36,375 bases of DNA, taken from positions 1 through 36,375 of the IMG/VR virus record IMGVR_UViG_3300010366_000029, one strand, 5' to 3'. The DNA is from a virus. Its lineage: Duplodnaviria; Caudoviricetes. The position numbers and the translations under genes were made by a program. Shown piece by piece: positions 1 to 9,676 of this stretch. The notes under the pieces are model-generated. The model was not told the origin of the DNA and made no database searches. It saw only the letters and a list, made by a program, of their open reading frames with translations. Numbering within the stretch: position 1 is the stretch's first letter; every line of letters begins with the position of its first letter.

Positions 1-265
1 CCACCTGGCACGTATCATTGGGCAAGATCTGCGTACACATGGTGGCTTCGGCCAGCGTGTACGCCATCGCCATCAGCGCCAGGCGGGTCATAATGCCAAA
101 AGGTTCATTGCCACGAGAGGAGACGCTGGTGACCTCGACACGATCCAGGGTATGGGTGTTGAGCCAGTGCTGGAAGGCCAATGCCGCTTCGGGTTCATAG
201 TAGCGTTGGATCGTCGCGGTGCCGTTCACCACAGGGTCATCGCTGGTAATTGGGCGCGTAGACAT
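1..265 (-). CDS. hypothetical protein, partial (runs off window start)
   Basis: ATG at 265 (MSTRPITSDDPVVNG...), open to position 1, overlaps the end of the 1735-aa gene; absent from the ORF track because it has no stop. Confidence 0.6.
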   Translation of the reverse strand, partial: MSTRPITSDDPVVNGTATIQRYYEPEAALAFQHWLNTHTLDRVEVTSVSSRGNEPFGIMTRLALMAMAYTLAEATMCTQILPNDTCQV

Positions 266-3200
266 GCAGTTCCACCGAGTAAAACGTGTCAATATTTCTG
301 ACATCAAACGCCAGTAACAGTTGCTTTGGCCGCGCTGGCAACCCTAGGGGCCACTCGTGATAGACTCGACTCCCCGCCGTGAGTGTGGGCAACACCTTCG
401 CCCCTTTGTCAGTAATGATGGTCGGGGTGACTGGTGTCCCAGCCGCATTGATGTCGAGCGTCAGCCGTTTGAGCACCGTCATCTGTGTTGAGCCTAAGCC
501 ATAAAAAAGTTGCTCGGGAATCTCAAAATAGATGCCGTCCCCAGGCACGAGCATGCGTGCCGGAATCCGTTCGTTGGTGAATTTATCCTCGATCATGACC
601 GACAGGTACACCGCCCGCATCTCGATTTCCACCCGTCTGAGGAGCACAGACTGCGTAAAATCGCCTTGCAGGGTCAACCCGACCAGATGACCCAGCCGAT
701 GCGGGATGTCTAAAAAGAGACGCCTTCCTGGCCCTGCAAACCCCGGTAACGTATGGGTGCCATGGAGATACTCCAGCACTGGGGTAATGCTCGAGGCCTG
801 GATATCGGCGTCGATGGTCACCCGTTCCGTCTGCAGCAAGATCTCATAGGGCTCTTGATAGCGCTGCGCTTCTTGGACTTCAAAGGTCAGGTTCGATTCC
901 AGCGCCACGCTACGCCCCTGGAGCTGGAGGCTGGCGTTAAATTGCCTCGCATCCATATCCGTGGTCACCACCGTACACACCAGGGCGCGTAGCTCCAACT
1001 CGCCACGGTAGTAGAGGGTCTGGGTGAAGAAATCCCCCTGGAGCGTCAGGCCAAGGAAATGCCGTTGCCGGAGTATCATCGTCTGGTGCATGTGCCATGC
1101 GCCCATCGGTGTCGAGGGCAGCGGCAAATCGCCTTCCGTGGACCGGATGACGGGAGTGACGGTGCCCCCCTGACCCTCGATGAGAAAGCGGTTATGATGC
1201 ATCAATTGGTCGAAGGGCTCTGTATAGCGTTGTTGTTGGTTGAGTTCAAAGAGTATGTCTCGACGCACATCTTCCGAGCGGCCAATGAGTTTCACCGGCC
1301 CTTGCGCCGTGATGAGTTCAAAGGTGACGGGACGCAGTTCCAGTTCCGCCCTGAACCAGGTGGTGGCATTGAAATAATTGCCCTGGAAAATAATCCCTAA
1401 GAGGTGACCCATCTGGGTCAGTGCCACACGGTGCAGTTGTCTCGGGGTGCCGGACAACGGAGCAAAATCCCGTTCACCTTCCGTGAAAAACAGCTTCGGG
1501 GTGACTGGGCCACCCGCCGCGTCATAGACCAGATACCACACCAGCAGATCGGTATCGAAGGGCTCGGCAGTCCGCATCTGCTCGGTCACCTCAAAGAACA
1601 CCTGCGTGGTGACACTGTCAGACCGCCCGATGAGTTTGATGATGCCCGAGGAGGTCAGCAGCTCACATGTCACCGGACGCAACTCGAGTTCCGACCGCCA
1701 TAGCGTCACCAGATGAAAAAAATCCCCGGCCAGTCGTATCCCCAGGAAATGCCCCATCTGAATGGGATACTGGCGGTGGATAGCGCGTTGCCCCCCACCA
1801 ATATTGGGCAGGTTGATGGTGCCCTCGAGATAGGTAAGCGACGGCTGGATATTGCCCCCGGTAAAATCGAGGAGCAGTGTATACGTGAGGATATTCGTGT
1901 CAAACGGCTCAGCCGTCCGCTGTTGCTCCGTCAACTCAAACCAGCATTCGGTATCGACGCTATCTGAGCGGCCAATGAGTTTGATGGTGCCCTGACTCGT
2001 GGCCAGTTCCAGCGTCACCGGGCGGAGTTCCAGTTCGGCCCGGTAAAAGGTCGTCGCATTGAAGAAATTCCCGGTGAGATAGAGCGCGATAAAGTGCCCC
2101 ATCTGGATCGGGAGTTGCCGGTGAATGTGCCGCCCAGGACCAGGAAAGCTCACCGACGGCAGCGCGATCGTGCCTTCCAGATATGCCAGGGTGGGTTGCA
2201 GTGCGCCCCCCATCATATCCAGCAGCAGCGTATAGGTGAGCAAATTGACGTCAAAGGGCTCGACTTCGCGCTGTTGCTCGGGGAGTTCAAACCAGCACAG
2301 TTGCCGCACATCGGTGGAGCGGCCCATGAGTTTGAGCGCCTTTTCCCCCATGGTGATATCACACGTCACCTGCCGCAGTTCCAACTCCGTCCGAAACAGG
2401 TTCATCAGAAACAGATTGCCCTGCAGTTCCAACCCTAAGAAATGGCCCATCTGGCGCGGCGTAATGTAATGGAGTTGGCGGGGCGTGCCCGTGATGGCCT
2501 CAATCGTCACGAGGCCTTCGAGAAACCCCAGGACCGGGATGAAACTCCCGCCCTGCGTGTCCACATCGAGGAGGAGTCCATAGGTCAGCAAATTGACGTC
2601 AAACGGTTCAGCCACCCGCTGTTGTTCGGGGAGTTCAAAATAAATTGAGGTGGTCGTCGACGCCGATTTGCCTATCACCTGGACGACCCCCTGTGGGGTC
2701 GTCAACTCCATGGTCACGGGCCGCAGTTCCAACTCGGCCCGGTACAGGGTGATGGGCGTCAGAAAGTTGCCACGCAGATGCACACCCGCCAGATGCCCAG
2801 GCCGATAAATCCCTGCCTGATGGAGACTTCTGCCCGTCCCTGTAATTGCCGCCAGGGTGAGCGAGCCTTCATTCCAATCAATGACCGGCGTAATACTCGC
2901 CCCATTCCACGTCGCTTCGATGGTGAGCCGATACGTGAGGAGGTTCGTGTCGATCGGTTCAGCGGTGCGCTGGTCTGCCAGCACCTCGAAGTAGATTTCC
3001 TGGGTGAGATCGGAGGACCTCCCCTTGAGCGAAATAATGCCTTGCGGCGTAATGACTTCCAGTGTGCAGTCTCTGACTGCTGCTTCCACACCCCAAAGGG
3101 CATGGCCACTCGTATCACTGCCTTGCAGTTCCACCGCTAATTCCCGGCAGGGATACCCCACCTGGAGTTCCACCAGATGTCTGGCGGTGGAGGTCACAGG

Positions 3201-5444
3201 TGGTAGCAGGGTGTGCGCCACCGTGTCAAGAATCGCCTGGGTGGTCGCGATATTCATGTTGGTATCGAGGTAAATCTGGTCCACCCAGCCGACCGTAGAA
3301 TCAGGGAAGATATACGAGCCCGTGCGGATCTCAAAGGCACGGCTACTACTCCCCAGTGCCTGATCTTCAACAATGACAAGGTTGGCCGCATCACCGGCCA
3401 CCAGCTGCTTCGTATCCTCTTCCCAGAAAAACGCGCTATACCCTTTGCCAAGGTCACGAATGAGTCCGGTCGCAAAGTTGCAGCTAATGGTCTGCGTGCC
3501 ATCCGAGATGAAGTACTGGTCCCTGGCAAAGGCCGCATACGTGCCTTCAAAGGCATTGAGATTCTCGACGTTCTCGCCACGAAAGATGGAAGTTAGCCGG
3601 TCAGGATAGAGCAGGTCAGAGCTGGAACCATTAAACACCCTGAGACCATCCTTGGCTCGCCAGATGATGCCGTATGGGGTCGGCACGACCGTTCTGGCGT
3701 GTTGTTGCAAGACACCAGGAATGCTCTCGAACTTATACGGCACGTAGGGCTCAGTGCCGTCGATGCGATACCAGCCTGCCACACCAATGACGTACCTCGC
3801 CCGTTGCCATACCACGATGCGGTACAGCGGCTGGTCATCCGCGGTGACACGGATAAACCCTCGACGGGACTCTGGTCTCCCAGGGGGGGAATAAAAGACC
3901 AACCCTTTCTTGGTGTCCTCGCCAGAAATCCAAAAGATGGTGGCTTGATCGTAGATAAAATCACTATACGTTTCGTCGGGCTTGTTGTTATCGGTCTGGA
4001 GTTCAGGCAGCGTCAAAATAGCGGAGTTCGCATTACTCCACATGCCAATGAAGTCGGCCACACTCGACGTGTAGGTCGTCGTCAGATTATCAGGGACCGT
4101 GTATTCATGGAAGAATCGTGCGCCACCACCTAACGTGCGCCAGATACTCCGGCGATCCACCTGACTATCGGGAGACACCGGCAACGCCGTATAATACGGT
4201 TTCTGCCGAAATAACTGATTCACCCGCTGTTCGGTCGGATTGGAGTTCGACCGTGCACCCGTCACACTACAGTCATACGTCACGAGACTCTGATAATCCC
4301 CCAGCGTGCCACACCCACCACGCATCAGGCACGTATCAAAATAGGCAATAAGCCCACTCATCTGATTCGTTTTCACCATGAGTTGCATGGCGACCACATT
4401 GGCCCACGTGTTCGTGTTGATCCCTGAGCGCTGAAACTGGCTTTTGGTCAATTGGAGCTTCGTCCATGTCCCCGCTGAGGCCACAAACTCCGTGCCGCCC
4501 TGCGGTGCCCAGGAGTCCGAAATCGAGGGATTCTGCACAATGCGCTGGGTCTCATCCGTGCCACCGTTGTCACCCACGAATTGCGTCTCATCCCCAGAGG
4601 CCGCAGGGGTCGAACCCACCCCGTCAATCGCCGGGTTCACGGTGATCGACGTGGGCAGAAACTTAAACTGGTAATAGTCAGAGCCAAAGTTCCCTGAGCC
4701 CACGTCAAATCGCAGTGTGATGTACTCAATACTGCCGCTATTGCCGTCCACACGCACAAACAGGATGACGAAGTCTTCGCCGGAGGAATCACCCGACGAA
4801 CCAAACTGTCCCAGGTTGATGGTGAGTGGTTTGGTCAGGCTGACCACGGTATCGGCTGGCACCGTGACCTTGAGACTCGTCCCGGATTCGACGATCGCCC
4901 CTTCATTGGCCACGACCACGACCTGTCCCGTGGGCGTGCCCGTGCCATAGGTGGCGCTGATGGTCCAGTCACCTGAGTTATTAAAGTCCTCGATGGCTTT
5001 CTGGGCATACGGCTGGGCCGACATATTGAAGCCATCTGGCGGTGGCGCGATGCCCCAATTTTGCACGTTATGGGCGACGTCTGCCTTGCGAGCATTGCCC
5101 CCACCGACCCAGAACAGCCGATCGGGCTGGGAATTGCCTGGGGGCAAACGGCGAAACGTCAGAGGATTGCTGTTTGAATTGGCGAAGACAAAACCATAGG
5201 GATAGGCATAGATCGACGTGCCAGCCGCATAGATCCGCGTATCGGCAAACCGGGTAATCGAATGAATCCCCGTGGCCGCCGTGATGACCGTATCGCCAGG
5301 AGCAATGCGGTATTCATGGGTGCAGATCTCGTGGATGCCACGCGCACGTCTGAGGAGCTGTGGTGGCGTCCCAGACGCCGGGCCATTGAGCGAGAGCCCT
5401 TGTGGGCTGGCCATATCGAGCAGTGACTGTCGCCTACTGGGCAC
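237..5444 (-). CDS. large virion tail protein (P22 gp10/tail-nozzle-like N-terminal half) with tandem C-terminal repeats
   Basis: 1735 aa; beta-rich propeller-like middle (VFYSPPGRPES, TVVPTPYGIIWRAKDGLRVFNG) resembling short-tail nozzle proteins; GAGGGG RBS before GTG; follows adaptor and fibre genes. Confidence 0.65.
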   Translation of the reverse strand: MPSRRQSLLDMASPQGLSLNGPASGTPPQLLRRARGIHEICTHEYRIAPGDTVITAATGIHSITRFADTRIYAAGTSIYAYPYGFVFANSNSNPLTFRRLPPGNSQPDRLFWVGGGNARKADVAHNVQNWGIAPPPDGFNMSAQPYAQKAIEDFNNSGDWTISATYGTGTPTGQVVVVANEGAIVESGTSLKVTVPADTVVSLTKPLTINLGQFGSSGDSSGEDFVILFVRVDGNSGSIEYITLRFDVGSGNFGSDYYQFKFLPTSITVNPAIDGVGSTPAASGDETQFVGDNGGTDETQRIVQNPSISDSWAPQGGTEFVASAGTWTKLQLTKSQFQRSGINTNTWANVVAMQLMVKTNQMSGLIAYFDTCLMRGGCGTLGDYQSLVTYDCSVTGARSNSNPTEQRVNQLFRQKPYYTALPVSPDSQVDRRSIWRTLGGGARFFHEYTVPDNLTTTYTSSVADFIGMWSNANSAILTLPELQTDNNKPDETYSDFIYDQATIFWISGEDTKKGLVFYSPPGRPESRRGFIRVTADDQPLYRIVVWQRARYVIGVAGWYRIDGTEPYVPYKFESIPGVLQQHARTVVPTPYGIIWRAKDGLRVFNGSSSDLLYPDRLTSIFRGENVENLNAFEGTYAAFARDQYFISDGTQTISCNFATGLIRDLGKGYSAFFWEEDTKQLVAGDAANLVIVEDQALGSSSRAFEIRTGSYIFPDSTVGWVDQIYLDTNMNIATTQAILDTVAHTLLPPVTSTARHLVELQVGYPCRELAVELQGSDTSGHALWGVEAAVRDCTLEVITPQGIISLKGRSSDLTQEIYFEVLADQRTAEPIDTNLLTYRLTIEATWNGASITPVIDWNEGSLTLAAITGTGRSLHQAGIYRPGHLAGVHLRGNFLTPITLYRAELELRPVTMELTTPQGVVQVIGKSASTTTSIYFELPEQQRVAEPFDVNLLTYGLLLDVDTQGGSFIPVLGFLEGLVTIEAITGTPRQLHYITPRQMGHFLGLELQGNLFLMNLFRTELELRQVTCDITMGEKALKLMGRSTDVRQLCWFELPEQQREVEPFDVNLLTYTLLLDMMGGALQPTLAYLEGTIALPSVSFPGPGRHIHRQLPIQMGHFIALYLTGNFFNATTFYRAELELRPVTLELATSQGTIKLIGRSDSVDTECWFELTEQQRTAEPFDTNILTYTLLLDFTGGNIQPSLTYLEGTINLPNIGGGQRAIHRQYPIQMGHFLGIRLAGDFFHLVTLWRSELELRPVTCELLTSSGIIKLIGRSDSVTTQVFFEVTEQMRTAEPFDTDLLVWYLVYDAAGGPVTPKLFFTEGERDFAPLSGTPRQLHRVALTQMGHLLGIIFQGNYFNATTWFRAELELRPVTFELITAQGPVKLIGRSEDVRRDILFELNQQQRYTEPFDQLMHHNRFLIEGQGGTVTPVIRSTEGDLPLPSTPMGAWHMHQTMILRQRHFLGLTLQGDFFTQTLYYRGELELRALVCTVVTTDMDARQFNASLQLQGRSVALESNLTFEVQEAQRYQEPYEILLQTERVTIDADIQASSITPVLEYLHGTHTLPGFAGPGRRLFLDIPHRLGHLVGLTLQGDFTQSVLLRRVEIEMRAVYLSVMIEDKFTNERIPARMLVPGDGIYFEIPEQLFYGLGSTQMTVLKRLTLDINAAGTPVTPTIITDKGAKVLPTLTAGSRVYHEWPLGLPARPKQLLLAFDVRNIDTFYSVELHVYAPNYQR
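240..3100 (-). repeat. intragenic tandem repeat, about 345-370 bp (115-123 aa), 7 clear units plus 1 degenerate
   Basis: Recurring ELELRxVT...LIGRS...FExxEQQRxxEPFD...QMGHFLG...GxF; ELELR codons near 2730, 2380, 2030, 1685, 1340, 995 and EIEMR near 625. Confidence 0.92.
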
Positions 5445-5688
5445 CAGGTGTCCCCTCTAAGGCTTCCAGATCACTCAGAAACATCTGAATTTTCTCGACC
5501 TGGGCTTGCATGGTGGTGAGCAGTTCACGGACCTGATCCAGTGTAATGGATTGAATCTCTGGCGGGATTTTCTCCCCGGTCTGGTGATCAAACCGCGTTA
5601 ATGCAACCGCATAGGCATCCCCCACTTTAATAAGTTGTACCAACCCTTTCGCTTTGAGTACATCATAGGTTGCAATCGGCAAGTCCAC
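5434..5688 (-). CDS. small protein downstream of tail fibre, possible fibre chaperone
   Basis: GTG start after GGGGGTG RBS; C-terminal coiled coil; function inferred from position only. Confidence 0.55.
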   Translation of the reverse strand: MDLPIATYDVLKAKGLVQLIKVGDAYAVALTRFDHQTGEKIPPEIQSITLDQVRELLTTMQAQVEKIQMFLSDLEALEGTPGAQ

Positions 5689-5696
5689 GACACCCC

Positions 5697-6923
5697 CTAG
5701 AACGTTGTCAACGCGATCCGTCGCCACGAATTGGTCGCCACCGCCACATAGAGAAAACTGGCATCCCAGGCGATATCACCCTGGTTGCCCGCCGCCGCAG
5801 ACGTGGCCGGGGTAAACGCCGTGCGGATACGCACCCGATTGTCATTAATGTCCAACTTGCTCGTGGGCGTGAAATTATTAAACAGGCCGATATTGCCACC
5901 CTGGAGTGCCGTCAAGGCCGTGGCCGTCGCACTCGTTAAATCCATCCGGCCCGCTGCCGAGTCCTCCCGCATATACCAATAGGCCGTGCCCGCCGCCGTG
6001 GTTTGCCAGAGACAATACGGATTCAGCGCATTCAAATACAGTAACGTGTCCTGGCCTGACAGCCCCAGGCGATACCCCGTATCTGCGCCAGGGCCAATAC
6101 TCACATGGCCATTCCGAAACGCTGAGAAGACTTCCAGAGCATCCGTGGCATCATAGAGCCGCATCCGCCCGTCTGCAGCCATCAGTTGCCAGAGCCAATC
6201 CAGCGGCGTCCCTGCTGGGCCCGTATGCCAGTTCAGCGCCGTATCCAGCGTGGAAGAGAGCCGCAAAATATTTGCCCCCGCTGCCGTCCCCCCGGCAATG
6301 TCAAGCTGGTAGACCGGCACCGCCCGGTTCAGGCCAATGCGCCCATCGGTCGTGGCGCGCAACGCCTCGTTGGACCCATTATTCCCCGTCACAATCCGCA
6401 CATAATCGGTGGTACCCACCGCTTCGGTCGATTTCAGGGTTAACGAGGAGGAAGGCGTGACGCCACCAATGATGAGGGGACACACCAGATCCGTGAGGAA
6501 CGTCTTCCGGGCCGTAATGGTCTGCGGGGTATGGAGCGTGACGAAACCAGACCCTGACACGCCGAGAAATTGCTGGAGTTGTGCCAGGGTGACCGATTCC
6601 CCAGGGTCTTGTGCCGGCAGATGGGCAATCCGTTTCTTCGTCTCGAAACGGTCCCCCTCGGTATACAGGGTCGCAGGCGATTTCAGGAATGCCAGGGACA
6701 CGGCATCGGTATCCGTGGCAGGTTGCACCGGTAAGCCATACACCCGATTGCCCTGGGCGTTGAGATCGCCACTCAAGGTGGAGGTATACCCTGCCTGGCC
6801 TTCCTGTTTGAGTTGGGCCTGCTCCTGTTCCGCCAGGATCAGGTTCTCATCGTGGATGGTGCGCTCGAGGCAATGCATGGCCGTTTCGCCAGGCATCGGC
6901 GGGGTGAGATACCATTTCGCCAT
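5697..6923 (-). CDS. tail fibre protein
   Basis: GxIGL/GxVSIG beta repeats, QTITARKTF, and C-terminal TPATSAAAGNQGDIAWDASFLYVAVATNSWRR motif common in phage fibres. Confidence 0.75.
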   Translation of the reverse strand: MAKWYLTPPMPGETAMHCLERTIHDENLILAEQEQAQLKQEGQAGYTSTLSGDLNAQGNRVYGLPVQPATDTDAVSLAFLKSPATLYTEGDRFETKKRIAHLPAQDPGESVTLAQLQQFLGVSGSGFVTLHTPQTITARKTFLTDLVCPLIIGGVTPSSSLTLKSTEAVGTTDYVRIVTGNNGSNEALRATTDGRIGLNRAVPVYQLDIAGGTAAGANILRLSSTLDTALNWHTGPAGTPLDWLWQLMAADGRMRLYDATDALEVFSAFRNGHVSIGPGADTGYRLGLSGQDTLLYLNALNPYCLWQTTAAGTAYWYMREDSAAGRMDLTSATATALTALQGGNIGLFNNFTPTSKLDINDNRVRIRTAFTPATSAAAGNQGDIAWDASFLYVAVATNSWRRIALTTF

Positions 6924-6926
6924 GAG

Positions 6927-7526
6927 TCACTCGATATCCGGGAGTTTCAGCATATCCATGAGCAGCGCCGAGACCTGTTGACACGCCGCCGCATACACCG
7001 GGTCACGATGCGGGCTTTCCCGCCCATATTCACGGGCGAGGAGTTGATAGGCAATGGGTAACTCCATCCACACCGGGAGATCCACCTGATGCGCCGTCGC
7101 CAGCATGGACACATGATACAACGGGTAGTGTTCGCCCCATTGCAGACTCTGGGGAAACAGGGGCGGCGCACTCGGCATATCCGGCACGGGATACACCTGA
7201 AAGGCAAGCAGGTCCAGCGAATCGGTGGTATAGGCCACGGGATAGCCCCGGTGATCTTGCCAATTGGGATGCATCGCGTCCAGTTGTGGTTGCGCCATTT
7301 GATCCAGATGCCTGGCGTCATACCACAGGTCCAACAGCTCGATCGCCCCATCGGGATAGTCGAATCGGCCCTGCTGGAGGTCCACAGGGACTTGATACGG
7401 CTGCACCAGGTACGGCACACTCCCCAGCGCATAGATGGCGTCGTCGTAATACTGGGCAAACGTGTCAGCCGACAGTTGTCCCAAGGTGAGAGCGCTACAG
7501 AGATCCAGCACCGCCTGCCTGGTCAT
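6927..7526 (-). CDS. head-tail adaptor-like virion protein
   Basis: Likely start MTRQAV with ATGA overlap; LDAMHPNWQ..GYPVAY..FQVYPVPD pattern of podovirus-type adaptors. Confidence 0.65.
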   Translation of the reverse strand: MTRQAVLDLCSALTLGQLSADTFAQYYDDAIYALGSVPYLVQPYQVPVDLQQGRFDYPDGAIELLDLWYDARHLDQMAQPQLDAMHPNWQDHRGYPVAYTTDSLDLLAFQVYPVPDMPSAPPLFPQSLQWGEHYPLYHVSMLATAHQVDLPVWMELPIAYQLLAREYGRESPHRDPVYAAACQQVSALLMDMLKLPDIE

Positions 7527-7690
7527 TTCTTCCCCCGTGGCTTCGCTGGTGCCTTGCCATTGCCATAGCGTCCAGGGCGTTGTGGCGGCTTGCCATTGCC
7601 CACGTCGAAGTCGGTATCGTCCTTGTGGGCTTGCTTGGCTTGTTCCAGGGACCAACGTTCCGGCCTGGGCTTTTTCATTGGTGGCGGCAT
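7523..7690 (-). CDS. small basic protein (55 aa)
   Basis: AGGAG RBS, MPPPMKKPRP...KPRGKK, stop overlaps next start; below ORF-track cutoff. Confidence 0.65.
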   Translation of the reverse strand: MPPPMKKPRPERWSLEQAKQAHKDDTDFDVGNGKPPQRPGRYGNGKAPAKPRGKK

Positions 7691-7699
7691 GGTATTCTC

Positions 7700-8329
7700 C
7701 TAGGCCACTTCACGGGCTTGCGCCTGTGAGGCCGTGTCTACATAGTCTGGGGCCTTGCCCCTGGGGGCAATCTGCGCCATGAGATGCCCAAAACTCAACA
7801 TATCCCGTTGCCTGAGCAGTAACACGACCTCGAGCAACTGCATCACTATGCCCGTGGACACCGCAGGGATAGTGAGCGTGCCACCGGGAGGACTCGTGGT
7901 CAGATCGGCGGTGAGTTCGGCACTGGTGATCGTCACGGTATCGGGATAATGCAGTGCTGGCCAGAGCAGCAACCACGTATAGCCGATCTGCATAAAACAC
8001 TCGAAGCGGTTGCCGATGGCACGTGGCCAGCGGGCATCCATAGCGCGCAGCGTCGTCAAACTGCACCGCTCTAAGAACCTGTTGCCGTGTGCGACCTGCA
8101 AGATCTGTGTGCCCTCTGGCACGGATTCTGGAAGTCCATAGAGCTGTAAATCGGGCATCGTGGCAATGATCGTCTGGTTCGTGACAACATGCCTGGCGGT
8201 GTTATAGAGCCGCTCTAAACGGGTGAGCAGATCCTGACACAGCGGGATCGAGTGGACCGCACCATCAGGATCACGCACCCTCGCTAATACCGTGTTAATA
8301 ACGTCTTGCCAGGTGTCTTCGGCCACCAC
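7700..8329 (-). CDS. head-tail adaptor-like virion protein
   Basis: TWQDVINTVLARVRDP start; LRAMDARW...LLLWPA pattern similar to 6927-7526. Confidence 0.6.
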   Translation of the reverse strand: MVAEDTWQDVINTVLARVRDPDGAVHSIPLCQDLLTRLERLYNTARHVVTNQTIIATMPDLQLYGLPESVPEGTQILQVAHGNRFLERCSLTTLRAMDARWPRAIGNRFECFMQIGYTWLLLWPALHYPDTVTITSAELTADLTTSPPGGTLTIPAVSTGIVMQLLEVVLLLRQRDMLSFGHLMAQIAPRGKAPDYVDTASQAQAREVA

Positions 8330-9091
8330 TTATTCCTCACGGAGAAACCCTTGCAGGAGCGCATCATGGGCTCTGGGAGTAAATTGATACATCCCTTCTC
8401 CGGCAGGTTCCACATAATCCGCTTTCATGAGTGCCTCGATCGGGGGCGCTTCTGGCAACCCCCCATAATGCTGATAGGCTTTCGACAGATACTCACCCGT
8501 GGCTGGAACGTTATACGTCGAATCCAGATACGACCGCAGATGCAACGGTCCCGATTGGGGATTCCGTTCCATATACGCATCCATCTGCCAGGGCTCCAAC
8601 ACGGACCCCGCCAACGCTTCGCCATGTTCAGGGGACAAACCCCACCGCTGCACGACGGGCTCCCACGCTTTCACCCGCTCTGGCGACACCCGCAGCGCCT
8701 GGGTCGCACGAATCATCTCTGCCTGGGACAACCCGCGCATAGCCTGGCCGGTCTGCGCAAATTCCTGGGCCGTGCGTGGAGATGCCACCGCTCGCCCTGC
8801 ACCAGATTCCACACCACCACGTTCCATAAAAAGACGCTTGAATCCGGCTAAGCTGCCTTCGCCTTCTGGCCCTTTCAGTGTGGCCAGTGCACCTAACGCA
8901 ATCGGCGCTAGCATGGCGAGTTGCCCCCACGTGGACTGCGGAGGAGCCTGGGGCGTCATGGATAACGCCGCTCCTGTCGCACCCGTGGGAGACAAGGCTG
9001 GGAGTAGCGACGTCAGTACCCGTGCCCATTCGGGCACATCCTGAGCGGGCTGTAACGACTGCTGCACTGTTGGCTGAAGCTGTAAAGGCAT
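8330..9091 (-). CDS. hypothetical protein (253 aa)
   Basis: Tiles the operon without gaps; no recognised motif. Confidence 0.6.
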   Translation of the reverse strand: MPLQLQPTVQQSLQPAQDVPEWARVLTSLLPALSPTGATGAALSMTPQAPPQSTWGQLAMLAPIALGALATLKGPEGEGSLAGFKRLFMERGGVESGAGRAVASPRTAQEFAQTGQAMRGLSQAEMIRATQALRVSPERVKAWEPVVQRWGLSPEHGEALAGSVLEPWQMDAYMERNPQSGPLHLRSYLDSTYNVPATGEYLSKAYQHYGGLPEAPPIEALMKADYVEPAGEGMYQFTPRAHDALLQGFLREE

Positions 9092-9094
9092 GTC

Positions 9095-9676
9095 TCACCC
9101 CGCACACACGGCACACGAGATCATCTCCCGGCGCCGCATAATGCCCCGGAAGGAACCGACGTACTCGATGCTACAGTCCATAGCCTGCCCATCGGGCTCA
9201 TTGCGCACCCAGACAATGACCACATCGTACTGGGTGATACAGCGGGTCTGATTCCAGACCATATGGATCGCTGGTTCTCCCACGTCTCCACGGCTGGAAT
9301 GCTGGACCTCTGGTGCCACGAGATGCTCGGGAAAACGCACCCACGTATAGGCAACGACGGACGGACTGCGCTGATACCGTAGGAGTGCATCACCCGTCCC
9401 GCAGAGCGTCACGCCGATTTCTACCTGATCATCGACCATAATCGTGTACACCGGCTTGACCCGTAAACACCCCAGATTCCGCTCCCAGAGCACCTTCTGG
9501 TCTTCGTAGATCTGTAACCGGCTTGTTTCCACGCCTAAACGCCAAGCACGATATTCATGCCACAACGCTGGGACTGCCGTCCCAATGCCACCACCAAAGA
9601 GCACCAGCAGTGCTGGAGTAAGTAGAACAGTCTTCCACCACGGCATGGCAGGTGAGGGCGCAGCCTCCTCACTCAC
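9095..9676 (-). CDS. membrane-anchored Cys-rich hypothetical protein
   Basis: N-terminal hydrophobic segment VLLTPALLVLFGGGIGTAV, several Cys; exact start uncertain. Confidence 0.55.
   Translation of the reverse strand: MSEEAAPSPAMPWWKTVLLTPALLVLFGGGIGTAVPALWHEYRAWRLGVETSRLQIYEDQKVLWERNLGCLRVKPVYTIMVDDQVEIGVTLCGTGDALLRYQRSPSVVAYTWVRFPEHLVAPEVQHSSRGDVGEPAIHMVWNQTRCITQYDVVIVWVRNEPDGQAMDCSIEYVGSFRGIMRRREMISCAVCAG

Noticed and set aside
240-3100. Diversity-generating retroelement template/variable repeats
   Set aside because: Repeats are in-frame protein domains diverged at all bases rather than only adenines, and no reverse transcriptase is in the window
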